Shown piece by piece: positions 49,611 to 60,107 of a stretch of DNA of 64,000 bases. The position numbers and the translations under genes are program-made. The notes beneath the pieces are model-generated. The model saw only the letters and a program-made list of their open reading frames with translations. It searched no databases and had not been told where the DNA came from. The number at the start of each line of letters is the position of its first letter. Position 1 is the stretch's first letter. Source of the DNA: an uncultured Bacteroidales bacterium (GTDB taxonomy: Bacteria; Bacteroidota; Bacteroidia; Bacteroidales; WCHB1-69); contig CAMVOL010000007.1 in NCBI GenBank assembly GCA_947169105.1, positions 6,005 to 70,004 on the forward strand, written 5' to 3'.

Positions 49611-50460
49611 CTTCTTTCATGTTTGATTTCAGGGTCTCCAACTCCTCGCGGTAGAGGTTTCGGACCACATATACGGTGTTGATATGGTTAAAGTCGGTGG
49701 CAAGTTTAACCTTCAGGGTCAGGAAGCTGGCGGTGGGCTTTTTGCTCTTTTCAGAAATGGTGCCGACAAGGATGCCGCTGGGAAAAATGTTGGAGTAGCC
49801 ACTGGTGAGTACCGAGTCGCCTTCGTTGATATTGAGGTGTTCGGGAATATCTTCCAGATAGACCGACGCCGGGTCACCGTACCTCCATGATATTGTCCCC
49901 AACTGATTGGCAGGTTGTACTTTCGCACTGATCTGGCAGTCGGGATGGAGCAGGGAAATCACAGTGGAGAAGTGCTTCGACACGTCGCTGACAACGCCCA
50001 CAACCCCTTCCGCAGACAGCACCGACATATCGGGTTCAATGCCGTCTTCGGAGCCTTTGTCAATCATCAGGTAGTTATTTTTCTTGTGGATGGTGTTGTA
50101 GATGACGTTGGCGGAGGTGTACTCGTAAAGCCGCACCCGCTTGGTACGCCCGAGGGAATCGGTATAGTTTCCCTCCACGCCCATAACCGAGTCATTGCTG
50201 ATGAGGAAGTTTCCCTCTTGCGCATTCAGCAGCTCCAAGTTCTGTTGCGTGAGGTACTGGTTCTCCTTGCTGTAGTTGAAATGGCGGATGATGCTGTAAC
50301 ACATCCGATTGACAGGCGAAGTGAGCACTTTCGTGGCACGCGCAATGGCAAAACCGGAGTAATTCATTGTATGCGAAATCATCACCATGCACAATATCTG
50401 TAGCCCGATGAATGTCAGGACGTGAAAATACCGTTTCAGAAATGCCAGCAGATTGCTCAT
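49603..50460 (-). CDS. mreC: Rod shape-determining protein MreC
   Basis: IDKGSEDGI, GVVGVV, GDSVLTSGYSNIFPSGI. Confidence 0.93.
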   Translation of the reverse strand: MSNLLAFLKRYFHVLTFIGLQILCMVMISHTMNYSGFAIARATKVLTSPVNRMCYSIIRHFNYSKENQYLTQQNLELLNAQEGNFLISNDSVMGVEGNYTDSLGRTKRVRLYEYTSANVIYNTIHKKNNYLMIDKGSEDGIEPDMSVLSAEGVVGVVSDVSKHFSTVISLLHPDCQISAKVQPANQLGTISWRYGDPASVYLEDIPEHLNINEGDSVLTSGYSNIFPSGILVGTISEKSKKPTASFLTLKVKLATDFNHINTVYVVRNLYREELETLKSNMKEDE

Positions 50461-50704
50461 CCCTGCGCTGTCTTACCCTTTTGTAAATTATTATAAACGA
50501 ATGATATAGCGATAATATAATGCGCTGAATCAAGTTTGCAAAAGTACAGTTTTTTTTCGGATTGGAAACGGCTTTCTGAAAAAATGGCACGTCCTATCCT
50601 ATCCACACTTTATGAACTTTCCCCACCTGATAAACTTTATGAGCTTTATGAACTATCCAACTGAATTTGGCCGTAAATTTGCAAACGTTTTAAAATTTTG
50701 TGCA

Positions 50705-51685
50705 ATGAAAAAGATAGCCTTGATGACCGGCGGCAATTCCGGCGAATACGAAATCTCCCTGCTGAGTGCCCAGAACATTTTCAACCGCCTCGACAAGTCC
50801 AAGTACGAACCCTATATGATTCTGTTAAAGGGCAATAACTGGACCTATACCGATGAGACCGGCCATTCAACTGAGGTCGATCGCAACGATTTTTCCCTCA
50901 CGTTGAATGGAAAGAAAATTTTATTTGATGCGGTGTTCATCGCCATCCACGGGAATCCGGGCGAAAACGGTCGTCTCCAAAGCTATTTTGATATGGTCGG
51001 CATCCCCTATACGGGATGTGATATGCTTTCATCCGCATTGACATTCAACAAGTTCTATTGCAATATCGTGGTGAAGGCGCTGGGGGTGCCCGTCTCGCCG
51101 TCGCTGCACTTTTTCAAGGGCGACAAGATTGATTTCCCAAAGGTAGGAGAAGTCTGCGGTTACCCCTGCTTCGTCAAGTCCTGCAACTCCGGCTCCAGCG
51201 TCGGGGTGACGAAAGTGCACGGTGAGAACGAACTAGCCGCTGCCATTGATGAAGCCTTCAAGTATGACGACCAGATTCTGATAGAAAAGATGATCCACGG
51301 ACGTGAAATCGCCTGTGGTGTGGTGCGTCTCCAAGGGGAAATCAAGCCCCTTGCCATCACCGAAATCGTCACGAAGACAGAATTTTACGACTACACCTGC
51401 AAGTATAGCGACGGTCTGCACGATCTGATCACGCCCGCCGACTTCCCCGCCGATGTCACCGAGCGGATCAACCAATATGCGGTGAAGGTGTTCCGTGAAC
51501 TCGGCTGCGGCGGCATCGTCCGTGTCGATTTCATCGTCACTGCCGACGGAATCCCGTACTTCCTTGAAGTCAATACGATACCGGGGCAAACGTCCATGAG
51601 TATCGTCCCCAGCCAGGTCGAAACCCTCGGCCTGAACCTCACCGAGGTTTATTCACAGCTGATAGAGGAGGCTCTGGCGAAATAG
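50705..51685 (+). CDS. ddl: D-alanine--D-alanine ligase
   Basis: GGNSGEYEISL, HGNPGENG, GSSVGV, FYDYTCKY, EVNTIPGQT; start trimmed to MKKIAL. Confidence 0.96.
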   Translation: MKKIALMTGGNSGEYEISLLSAQNIFNRLDKSKYEPYMILLKGNNWTYTDETGHSTEVDRNDFSLTLNGKKILFDAVFIAIHGNPGENGRLQSYFDMVGIPYTGCDMLSSALTFNKFYCNIVVKALGVPVSPSLHFFKGDKIDFPKVGEVCGYPCFVKSCNSGSSVGVTKVHGENELAAAIDEAFKYDDQILIEKMIHGREIACGVVRLQGEIKPLAITEIVTKTEFYDYTCKYSDGLHDLITPADFPADVTERINQYAVKVFRELGCGGIVRVDFIVTADGIPYFLEVNTIPGQTSMSIVPSQVETLGLNLTEVYSQLIEEALAK

Positions 51686-51734
51686 GGAATAGGGTACAGG
51701 GTTCAGGTTTTGTTATTGAATCTGTAAATTTTCA

Positions 51735-51885
51735 AATGCGAACGCAGTGAGTCCAAATCTGTGAATGCGAACGCAGTGAGCGTCAAATCTGCGAATGCGA
51801 ACGCAGTGAACGTCAAATCTGCGAATGCGAACGCAGTGAACGTCAAATCTGCGAATGCGAACGCAGTGAGCATCAAATGTGAGCG
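51735..51885. repeat. Tandem 30-bp repeat (about 5 copies) AATGCGAACGCAGTGA(A/G)CGTCAAATCTGCG between convergent ddl and uvrB
   Basis: Head-to-tail units at 51735, 51764, 51794, 51824 and 51854 with no spacers. Confidence 0.92.
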
Positions 51886-51892
51886 TAGCGAA

Positions 51893-53911
51893 TCATAATT
51901 CTTTTAGCATCTTTTCGGCGGCCAAGATCTGGTCGCGGATTTCGGCCGCTTTCAGGAATTCCGTCTCTTTGACGGCCGTTTCCATCTGCTTGCGCAGCTG
52001 CTTGATGCGGTTCTGTAATTGCTCTTTGTTCAGGTACTTGATGTCACATGCTTCGGCCGCAATCGCCTCCGCTTCCTTGCGTTGGACGAAATCACCGCGG
52101 TAGCTGATATACTGGTCGGGACGGATGTCGGTGACGCCGGCTTTCTTGACGCTGCGGGGTGTAATACCGTGCTTCTCGTTGTACGCCAGCTGTTTGGCAC
52201 GGCGGCGCGCCGTCTCGTCCATCGTGGCCTGCATCGACTGGGTGATAGTATTGGCGTAGAAGATGACGTGCCCGTTGACGTGGCGCGCCGCCCGCCCCGC
52301 CGTCTGCGTCAGCGACCGCTCGCACCGCAGGAACCCCTCCTTGTCGGCATCAAGGATGGCCACCAACGACACCTCCGGAAGGTCCAGCCCCTCACGCAGC
52401 AGGTTGACACCCACCAGCACGTCAATTGCGCCCGCCCGCAGGTTCTGCAAAATCTCCACACGCTCCATCGTATCCACATCCGAGTGGATGTACTGCGTGC
52501 TGATGCCGATGTTGATGAGATAGGCCGTCAGCTCCTCCGCCATCCGCTTTGTCAGCGTGGTGACGAGGACGCGCTCGTGCTTGCCCACCGTATTTTCGAT
52601 CTCCTCCAGAAGATCATCTACCTGATTATCCGCCGGACGCACCTCAATCACAGGGTCAAGCAGGCCAGTGGGACGCACCACCTGCTCCACGATCACGCCC
52701 TCCGAACGCTCCAGCTCGTAGTGGGCTGGCGTGGCGCTCATGTAAATCGTCTGGCCCGTCAGCGCCTCGAACTCGTTGAAACGCAGAGGCCGGTTGTCAA
52801 GGGCGGCGGGGAGGCGGAATCCGTAATTCACCAGATTCTGCTTGCGGGAACGGTCGCCACCGAACATCGCCCCAATCTGCGGCACGGTGACATGGCTCTC
52901 GTCTATCACCAAAAGGAAATCGTCGGGGAAGAAGTCGAGGATACAGAACGGCCGTTCACCGGGCTTACGTTTGTCGAAATAGCGGGAATAATTCTCAATG
53001 CCAGAGCAATAGCCCAGCTCCTTCATCATCTCTACGTCGTAGGTGACGCGGTCTTCCAACCTTTTGGCTTCCAGATGTTTCCCGATGGACTTGAAGTAGG
53101 CGACCTGTTCGCCAAGATCCATCTGGATATGTATCAGTGCGTCGTTCATCGAATCCTGCGAAGTGACAAAGATGCTGGCGGGATAGATGGTGACGCTGTC
53201 CAATTTGCCCAATTTCCCTCCGCTAACGGGTTCTATTTCAAAGATTTCTTCAATCTCATTCTCCCAAAAAACGATACGGAAAGCGTTGTCGTTGTAGGGC
53301 GGGAAAATATCGACGGTGTCGCCCTTCACGCGGAAACGGGCCGGTTCAAGCATCGTCTCTGTGCGGTTGTATAAGCTGCCGACGAAAGCTAACAGGAGTT
53401 GGTCGCGATTGATGTTCATCCCTTTGTGGAGGTGGATGACGTTCTTTGCAAAATCATCGGGGTTGCCGATACCGTATATGCAGGAGACGGAGGCGACGAC
53501 AATCACGTCGCGGCGGCCTGACAACAGGGCGCTAGTGGTACGCAGCCGCAGTTTTTCGATCTCGTCATTGATGGAAAGGTCCTTTTCAATATAGGTGTTG
53601 CTGGCGGGCAGATACGCCTCCGGCTGGTAGTAGTCGTAGTAGGAGACGTAGTATTCCACCGCATTATCGGGGAAAAACTGCTTGAATTCGGTATAGAGCT
53701 GGGCGGCGAGGGTCTTGTTGTGGCTCAGCACCAGTGTCGGACGGCTGACTTGGCTCACCACATTGGCGATGGTGAAGGTCTTGCCCGAGCCGGTCACGCC
53801 GAGCAGTACCTGCGCCTGGTCGCCGCGGTTCAGCCCCTCCACCAGCTGTGCAATTGCGGTCGGTTGGTCACCCGAGGGGGCAAAGTCAGAATGTAGATTG
53901 AATTGGTTCAT
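51893..53911 (-). CDS. uvrB: Excinuclease ABC subunit B
   Basis: GVTGSGKTFT, YYDYYQPEAY, DESHVT, LLREGLDLPEV, C-terminal UVR helix; start trimmed to MNQFNL. Confidence 0.98.
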   Translation of the reverse strand: MNQFNLHSDFAPSGDQPTAIAQLVEGLNRGDQAQVLLGVTGSGKTFTIANVVSQVSRPTLVLSHNKTLAAQLYTEFKQFFPDNAVEYYVSYYDYYQPEAYLPASNTYIEKDLSINDEIEKLRLRTTSALLSGRRDVIVVASVSCIYGIGNPDDFAKNVIHLHKGMNINRDQLLLAFVGSLYNRTETMLEPARFRVKGDTVDIFPPYNDNAFRIVFWENEIEEIFEIEPVSGGKLGKLDSVTIYPASIFVTSQDSMNDALIHIQMDLGEQVAYFKSIGKHLEAKRLEDRVTYDVEMMKELGYCSGIENYSRYFDKRKPGERPFCILDFFPDDFLLVIDESHVTVPQIGAMFGGDRSRKQNLVNYGFRLPAALDNRPLRFNEFEALTGQTIYMSATPAHYELERSEGVIVEQVVRPTGLLDPVIEVRPADNQVDDLLEEIENTVGKHERVLVTTLTKRMAEELTAYLINIGISTQYIHSDVDTMERVEILQNLRAGAIDVLVGVNLLREGLDLPEVSLVAILDADKEGFLRCERSLTQTAGRAARHVNGHVIFYANTITQSMQATMDETARRRAKQLAYNEKHGITPRSVKKAGVTDIRPDQYISYRGDFVQRKEAEAIAAEACDIKYLNKEQLQNRIKQLRKQMETAVKETEFLKAAEIRDQILAAEKMLKEL

Positions 53912-53940
53912 TATCAGGTTACAGGGGGCAGGTTTCATAT

Positions 53941-53968
53941 GTAGAGACGCACGGCCGTGCGTCTCTAC
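53941..53968. repeat. Perfect 28-bp REP-like palindrome, intergenic copy
   Basis: Identical to 22644-22671. Confidence 0.9.
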
Positions 53969-53983
53969 CATTCGGTTCATAAA

Positions 53984-55291
53984 TTACATTTTTACTAATT
54001 TCCGAACCGTCGTATTCCCTTTCCCATCCGTGATTTTCAGCAGGTAGATGGCGGGGTTGTAGGGGAAATCGAAGGTCAGGTGTTGCGGGCTGGCGGGAAG
54101 GGTGGCGGTTTCTTGATGTAACCGCTTCCCGTCGATGGTGAGGATTTCAAACGTCAGGTGGTCGGGGGTCAGGAGGTTCGTCGTCACCTCCAGCATATTA
54201 CTGACGGGGTTGACGATGCTGACGGGCAGTTCCGCAGGTGCGTCGTGAACCGCCAGCGTCTGGCTGATGGTGTAGTCCATCACCACAGGCAGATGGTCGG
54301 ACATAGTGTAGAGCGCCTGCGCCACCTGCTCCGAAACCGCTGTATTGGCCGGTGACACAATGGACCCATTGAACCGCCGACCGTCCTGCCCGAAAGCGTG
54401 GTAGGTCTCTGGCAGGCACTTCACTTTGTCCGTGCCGTTCTTTACCTTGTTGGAGACAAGGATGAAGTCAAAGCGGTCGTCCATACCACCGTTGGAGGCA
54501 CAATCGGCTGCACCGGTGTGCGTGGACTGGGTGAAAATATCGGCAAACTGGGAATTGTTGTTCCAACTGCCGCTGCGCCCGATGGGGTCATGAAAGCGCA
54601 CGAGGTAGTTCGGGTTGTTGACGAGGTTGTCGTAGGCCTCCTCGCTGCTGGTATAGACGTTGAAGTCGCCGCTGAGGACGAAGTTGTTTGCCAGCACCGA
54701 CGGCGCCGACTCCATATAGTTGGTCAGGGTACGCGACTGTTGGGCGCGGGTCGTCTCGTTGTAATCGCTGCTTCCCGCCGCCAAATGCCAAATAATGAAC
54801 GTAATGAAGGCAGTATCGCCCTGCGCCAGACTTTGCGACTTGTAGTACATCTTGTACAGGTTGATGACAGTGCCGCCGTAGTAGGTGGTAACGTAGGCCG
54901 ACTCCTTCAGCACGAACTTGCGGGTATCGTAGAAGAGGCGGTTGCCGATGCTGCGATTCCCCGAAATGCTGTAAGCAGGAAGTGTGCCGTAATAATGGAT
55001 ACCGTCCGTGTTGAGCACGTTGTTCAAAATGCGGTTGGCATAAACGTCCGTCTTGCCGATCTCATTGACACAGAGGATGTCCGGCATGACCTCTTTCACG
55101 ATGATTTTGAAGGCCGCGTCTTTCTGGTCGAGATTGTTGTTGGCATCAGTACAGTCGTCCGGCGACTCATTCCCAGCTGTATAATATAATAAATTGTATT
55201 GCATCTGGCGGATAGTGTCGGCTGAAACTGTTGCACTAAAAAACACTATAATACTGATAATCAATAAAATAATTCGGAAAATCCTGCTCAT
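53984..55291 (-). CDS. Secreted endonuclease/exonuclease/phosphatase-family protein with T9SS-type C-terminal domain
   Basis: Signal peptide; QYNLL, CVNEI, HLAAG, GDFN, FDFI, SDHLPV motifs; C-terminal VNPV...IYLLKI...KLVK. Confidence 0.85.
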   Translation of the reverse strand: MSRIFRIILLIISIIVFFSATVSADTIRQMQYNLLYYTAGNESPDDCTDANNNLDQKDAAFKIIVKEVMPDILCVNEIGKTDVYANRILNNVLNTDGIHYYGTLPAYSISGNRSIGNRLFYDTRKFVLKESAYVTTYYGGTVINLYKMYYKSQSLAQGDTAFITFIIWHLAAGSSDYNETTRAQQSRTLTNYMESAPSVLANNFVLSGDFNVYTSSEEAYDNLVNNPNYLVRFHDPIGRSGSWNNNSQFADIFTQSTHTGAADCASNGGMDDRFDFILVSNKVKNGTDKVKCLPETYHAFGQDGRRFNGSIVSPANTAVSEQVAQALYTMSDHLPVVMDYTISQTLAVHDAPAELPVSIVNPVSNMLEVTTNLLTPDHLTFEILTIDGKRLHQETATLPASPQHLTFDFPYNPAIYLLKITDGKGNTTVRKLVKM

Positions 55292-55460
55292 TATCGGAAT
55301 GTAAATAAGGGGGCAAAATTACTTCTTTTGCTTAATCAAAAATGAAAAATTTAAAATTCGGAATAAATTTTATGAACTTGCAACTTTACAAACTTTATGA
55401 ACTTGTAACTTTACAAACTTTATAAACTAAAATTGTATCTTTGCACCCCAATTTTTAGCG

Positions 55461-56360
55461 ATGAAGAGATATTTCCTTTTATGGTTATTGTTTTTGCTTT
55501 CTTTTGTGCAACTGTCTTTTGGACAGGAATTTAGTGAAGAACAGAAAAACGAATTGAATATTGCAAATCCTGGTGTCGATTTCGTCATTGGGTGCGGAAT
55601 CTATATGGGCGGTGCCAAACCGGCGGGCTACTATGGGGGCTATCCCCAGAATGAGCTTAACCTCAACTACGTATTCCGGAACGAGTATTGGAAAAAGGAG
55701 ATTCTCAAGCTGATAACGGATCATTACAACTTTGTGTCCTCCACCGATACTACTATCGGCATCCGCGACTATCCCGACAAAGTACACTACCAGCCGGCGA
55801 TGTCGGTGTGCATCGGCGCTTCCTACCGCTTCGACGAACATTGGCGCATCAATATCTACTACACTTTCGCGAGACTGACGGTGAAGTCGATTTTCAATGT
55901 GAATTACGACAACCGTGTGCCGGGGAATGACCGTCCGGAGTTCCTTTCGTACCTTCTGGTCGGTAAGGAAAACCGCTCTTTCTTTGATCTTACAGGAAGT
56001 TACACCTTTCAATTCAATCGGATTGTCAAGCCTTTCATTGAATTTGGTGCACAATTCAACTATGTGAAAGTCAAGAGTCTGGATGCCATTATTGAAGACC
56101 GTAATTTCACGTTGATGGATCGTTATGGCGGGGCGTCATACGTGCCGGGAATGACGGAGTACAAGCCCAATTACGGAGGTCCCGGCTTTGCCGTAACAGG
56201 CGTGGTTGGGGTGAAATTCGCCTTCAGCAAAAGCGTTTCCGTAGATCCCTGCTTCTATGTAAATTTCGGTAAAGTCGGCCTTAACGATTATAAGGATTTT
56301 CATGTCAATTACGGTGCCTACATCCGTCTTGTGCTCAGCGACGCGATGTTTGCAAAGTGA
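55461..56360 (+). CDS. Hypothetical outer-membrane beta-barrel protein
   Basis: Signal peptide, alternating aromatic strands; -7 promoter at 55436. Confidence 0.65.
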   Translation: MKRYFLLWLLFLLSFVQLSFGQEFSEEQKNELNIANPGVDFVIGCGIYMGGAKPAGYYGGYPQNELNLNYVFRNEYWKKEILKLITDHYNFVSSTDTTIGIRDYPDKVHYQPAMSVCIGASYRFDEHWRINIYYTFARLTVKSIFNVNYDNRVPGNDRPEFLSYLLVGKENRSFFDLTGSYTFQFNRIVKPFIEFGAQFNYVKVKSLDAIIEDRNFTLMDRYGGASYVPGMTEYKPNYGGPGFAVTGVVGVKFAFSKSVSVDPCFYVNFGKVGLNDYKDFHVNYGAYIRLVLSDAMFAK

Positions 56361-56528
56361 TTTTTATAAAATTTGCTGAAAAGCAAAAAAAATTTTTTGC
56401 ATTTGAAAAAATAGTAGTATTTTTGCCGCCGGTTTTTTAAGGCTGCTTTTGCCGTACAGGAAACCGTTTTTTCACCCTACAGCATTTTTATCTGAAAAAC
56501 AAATTCCCCTCATTTACTTTAATTTTCT

Positions 56529-58394
56529 ATGATTAATTCTGACGAGAAGAAACCGAAAAGAAAGCGTATTCTTAGCAGCAATCATGTACCAGTTGCAACA
56601 TCCAATTCAAAGAAAGTCAGCTCGTTGGTGTCAGTCGCTGATGAAGTGGCGAAGGCGCAGGCCCAGCTGATGGAAGAGGAGCGTGCGGCTCTTGAAAGCA
56701 CAAAACAGGATTTGGAACGGCAGGTTGCCGAGATCCAGAACGCCCGTGCAGAGAAGGAGGCGGTTGCGCGCCCCGAACCTGCTTTTTCTCCGAAAAATGA
56801 GCCGGAAGTCCGTCCGGTTCCCGATATAATTTTGGACGATTCAGCCCCAAAAGGGGAGGAGACGATTGAAGAACCGATGGAAGAACTGCCGATTTCCGAC
56901 CCACAGGTGCTGCCCAAGCGTCGCGGCCGTAAGCCCAAGGCGAAACCCGCTCCCGAAACAGACCTTTTTGCCATCCCGATAGAGGTGCAGCTTGACAATC
57001 CGGAAGAGTACTTGGCCTCCAAAGTGGAGGAAGTGGTGGAGGATGAGGTGCGCCAGACGGCTGAGCCAGAGGAGCAACCTGATAAACCAGTCAAGCGCGG
57101 ACGGAAGCCTGGAAAACCGAAACAGACGGAAACGCCGGCTGAAAACCAGCCGGATGCGGAGAAATCGAGCCATCCCAAACCGCAGCAGCAACAGCAGCCC
57201 CGCCGCAATGACAACTTGCCAAAGCAGGAAAACACTGACCGAGACCCGAACTGGGACCTCGTCGCCGATGCCCGCTACGAAGGCTATGTCACTGCTGAGG
57301 GCGTGCTCGAAATCACCAACGAGTCGTGCGGCTTCCTTCGCTCGTCCGACTACAACTACCTCGCTTCCCCTGACGACATCTATGTGTCGCCCGCCCAGAT
57401 AAAGACCTACGGACTGAAAACCGGCGACACCGTCACCGGCCAGATCCGTCCGCCAAAGGAAGGGGAGAAGTATTTCCCGCTGACCCAGATTGAAAAAATC
57501 AATGGCCTGTCGCCCGAAATTATCCGCGACCGTGTCCCATTCGACTTTCTCACGCCAATGTTCCCGACGGAGAAAATCCGCCTGACGGGACACTCGCAAG
57601 AGACCATCTCCACCCGCGTCATCGACCTGTTTGCCCCCATCGGCAAAGGACAGCGTGGATTGATTGTGGCACAGCCAAAAACCGGTAAGACGGTGCTGCT
57701 GAAAGAGGTAGCCAACGCCATCTCCGAAAATCATCCCGAAATCTATTTGATAATTCTGCTCATTGACGAGCGTCCGGAAGAGGTGACGGATATGCAGCGT
57801 AGCGTGAACGCCGAGGTAATCTCTTCCACATTCGACGAGCCCGCCGAGCGCCACGTGAAAATCGCCGGAATTGTCTTGGAAAAGGCCAAACGCTTAGTGG
57901 AATGCGGCCGTGATGTCTGCATCCTGCTGGATTCCATCACCCGTCTGGCCCGCGCCTACAACACCGTCTCGCCCGCGTCGGGCAAGGTGCTGTCGGGCGG
58001 TGTCGAGGCCAACGCTTTGCAGAAGCCCAAACGGTTCTTCGGCGCGGCGCGCAGCATCGAGAACGGCGGCTCCCTTACCATCATCTCCACCGCCCTCATT
58101 GATACGGGTTCCCGTATGGATGAAGTCATCTTCGAGGAATTCAAGGGTACTGGCAACATGGAGCTGCAGCTCGACCGCAAGCTCTCCAACAAGCGCGTCT
58201 ATCCTGCTGTAGATTTGGTGGCGTCCAGCACCCGCCGTGACGACCTCCTGCAGCCGCAGGCCATCCTGCAGCGCGTGTGGGCACTTCGCAGCCACCTCGC
58301 CGATATGACCACCACCGAGGCGATGGAGTTCGTGAAGGGCCAGATGGCAATGTACAAATCGAACGAAGAATTTCTGTTGTCGATGAACGGTTAA
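56529..58394 (+). CDS. rho: Transcription termination factor Rho with long low-complexity N-terminal extension
   Basis: [36 protein letters not shown]; about 250-aa E/P/K/Q-rich N-terminus. Confidence 0.97.
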   Translation: MINSDEKKPKRKRILSSNHVPVATSNSKKVSSLVSVADEVAKAQAQLMEEERAALESTKQDLERQVAEIQNARAEKEAVARPEPAFSPKNEPEVRPVPDIILDDSAPKGEETIEEPMEELPISDPQVLPKRRGRKPKAKPAPETDLFAIPIEVQLDNPEEYLASKVEEVVEDEVRQTAEPEEQPDKPVKRGRKPGKPKQTETPAENQPDAEKSSHPKPQQQQQPRRNDNLPKQENTDRDPNWDLVADARYEGYVTAEGVLEITNESCGFLRSSDYNYLASPDDIYVSPAQIKTYGLKTGDTVTGQIRPPKEGEKYFPLTQIEKINGLSPEIIRDRVPFDFLTPMFPTEKIRLTGHSQETISTRVIDLFAPIGKGQRGLIVAQPKTGKTVLLKEVANAISENHPEIYLIILLIDERPEEVTDMQRSVNAEVISSTFDEPAERHVKIAGIVLEKAKRLVECGRDVCILLDSITRLARAYNTVSPASGKVLSGGVEANALQKPKRFFGAARSIENGGSLTIISTALIDTGSRMDEVIFEEFKGTGNMELQLDRKLSNKRVYPAVDLVASSTRRDDLLQPQAILQRVWALRSHLADMTTTEAMEFVKGQMAMYKSNEEFLLSMNG

Positions 58395-58395
58395 C

Positions 58396-58427
58396 AAAAA
58401 AGGACGCGACAAATCGCGTCCTTTTTT
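58396..58427. terminator. Bidirectional intrinsic terminator between convergent rho and the C69 peptidase
   Basis: AAAAAAGGACGCGA-caaa-TCGCGTCCTTTTTT. Confidence 0.9.
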
Positions 58428-58428
58428 G

Positions 58429-60036
58429 TTAGAATCCAGTCCAGAACCTTTCCCAGAATTGTTTCTCCATCTCGTTCCAAGTCTGGCGGGTGGAGGCGGC
58501 AAAATCAGCGCAGTATTGGTTCATCACCGTCTGCGCTTCTTTTTTCTTGTCCTCTTTCAATAAATTCTGTACTTTACTTTCGATGCCTGGAACTTCCTCG
58601 AAACCACGGTCTTCGTACCGTTTTATATTTTTGAGCATCAAATCTTTGGTGTTGCCCCACTGGATTTGCGACAGTTTGTTGGCCTTGCGGTAGTGCCAGA
58701 GGGCGGCGTTCTCGTTGTAGCCGAAATGACCGCAGATGTCGAAGCCGGCGGGCATTTTCGTCTGTCCGGCGAACACGGGGATGCGCGGGCTTTGGCCGGG
58801 GTTCTCGAAGGAGAACCAGCAGAGACCGCCCACTTCGTCGGGAAGCCATTCACGGCACTGGATGATGGTGGAGTAGGAACACCACGACATCGCCACGCCA
58901 CGGTAGAATGTCACCGCGCCAGGCTTCAGCATGTTGAACATGGCCCGTTCGGCACCGCCCATCCACGGGTTGGCGACGGGGCATACGGTGGTGTCAATCA
59001 CGATGTTGCCGTCCTTGTCACGGCGTTTGCGCTCGTACAACAGGTTCTGGATCTGGTCGAGTTCGGGCGAGCCCTCGTAGTTGGCGCGGAACAGCTCCAT
59101 CACCTTGCGCACATCCACCTTCTCGTCGGGTTTGATGGAGAAGGGGAGCTCGTCGGCATTGAGGTCGAAATGGCGGCTGGGGGCCAGCTGGCTGAAGATG
59201 TACCATTCGCGTTCCTTAAAGTTCTTGTTGCCGGAATAGCTGGAGGGGAAGGCCTTCCACCAGATGAAATCACCATTGCCGTCCCAGAGGCCGTATTTTT
59301 TTGCCACCTCCTCGATGTTGTCGGAACAGAGGAAATAGTTCTTGTTCTTGCGGTCGAGCTTGCCGATGCGGGCGACGTTGCAGCTGACGGCCACTTCGTC
59401 GTCGGGCACGCGCTGGGCGGCCCAGATGCCGCCGATTTTGTCCGGACCTTCGCCCAGAATCTCCATCTGCCACACCTCTTTCTTGTCGGCGATGGTGATG
59501 CATTCGCCGCCGTCGCCGTAACCGTACTCCTTGATCAGCTGCCCGATGAGACGGATGGCGTCGCGGGCGTTGTCACACCGTTGCAGGGCGATACGCTGCA
59601 GCTCCTCAATCAGGAACATTCCCTTTTCATTCATCAGTGTGTCGGGACCGGAGAAGGTGCTTTCGCCCATCGCCAGCTGTTTCTCGTTCATGCAGGGGTA
59701 GGCGGTGTTCATATAGGCGTAGGTATGGGGCGCTTCCGGAATCTCGCCAGCCAGTGTCACGTTTTCCATACTGTTGGGACGGGAGGTGTGCATGGTGCCC
59801 TTATATACTTTGTGCATCGTGCCTTCCTTGTGGTCGGCGGCGGGTTCCATGGTTACCCACGTGCGGTACTTGCTGTCGCAGGTGTGCGAGGTGATGACGG
59901 AGCCATCGGCAGAGGCCTTGCACCCCACCATAATAGAGGTGCAGTTCGCCCCAACGAGCTCTTCCTGTTCCTGCGCCTTCAGGTTGTAGAAGGCGAAAAT
60001 ACATAATGTGGCGAATAGTAAAGTTTTGATTTTCAT
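58429..60036 (-). CDS. C69-family dipeptidase (Ntn hydrolase)
   Basis: Signal peptide then NCTSIMVG (Cys nucleophile), MNEKQLAMGEST, IWAAQRVPDD. Confidence 0.9.
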   Translation of the reverse strand: MKIKTLLFATLCIFAFYNLKAQEQEELVGANCTSIMVGCKASADGSVITSHTCDSKYRTWVTMEPAADHKEGTMHKVYKGTMHTSRPNSMENVTLAGEIPEAPHTYAYMNTAYPCMNEKQLAMGESTFSGPDTLMNEKGMFLIEELQRIALQRCDNARDAIRLIGQLIKEYGYGDGGECITIADKKEVWQMEILGEGPDKIGGIWAAQRVPDDEVAVSCNVARIGKLDRKNKNYFLCSDNIEEVAKKYGLWDGNGDFIWWKAFPSSYSGNKNFKEREWYIFSQLAPSRHFDLNADELPFSIKPDEKVDVRKVMELFRANYEGSPELDQIQNLLYERKRRDKDGNIVIDTTVCPVANPWMGGAERAMFNMLKPGAVTFYRGVAMSWCSYSTIIQCREWLPDEVGGLCWFSFENPGQSPRIPVFAGQTKMPAGFDICGHFGYNENAALWHYRKANKLSQIQWGNTKDLMLKNIKRYEDRGFEEVPGIESKVQNLLKEDKKKEAQTVMNQYCADFAASTRQTWNEMEKQFWERFWTGF

Positions 60037-60107
60037 TGTGCTAATTTTTTCTGATGTCGTATTTTCTTTGTAAACTGTGCAGAATAGGTAGAAAAGATGT
60101 CGTTTAT

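Noticed and set aside
50705-51685. Van-type D-Ala-D-Lac ligase
   Set aside because: The omega-loop Tyr (FYDYTCKY) is retained and there are no van genes nearby.
51735-51885. Possible CRISPR array (30-bp repeats)
   Set aside because: Units are head-to-tail with no unique spacers, and no cas genes are present.
53912-53980. UvrB N-terminal extension containing VETHGRASL
   Set aside because: It is a read-through of the intergenic REP; the conserved UvrB start fits MNQFNL at 53911.
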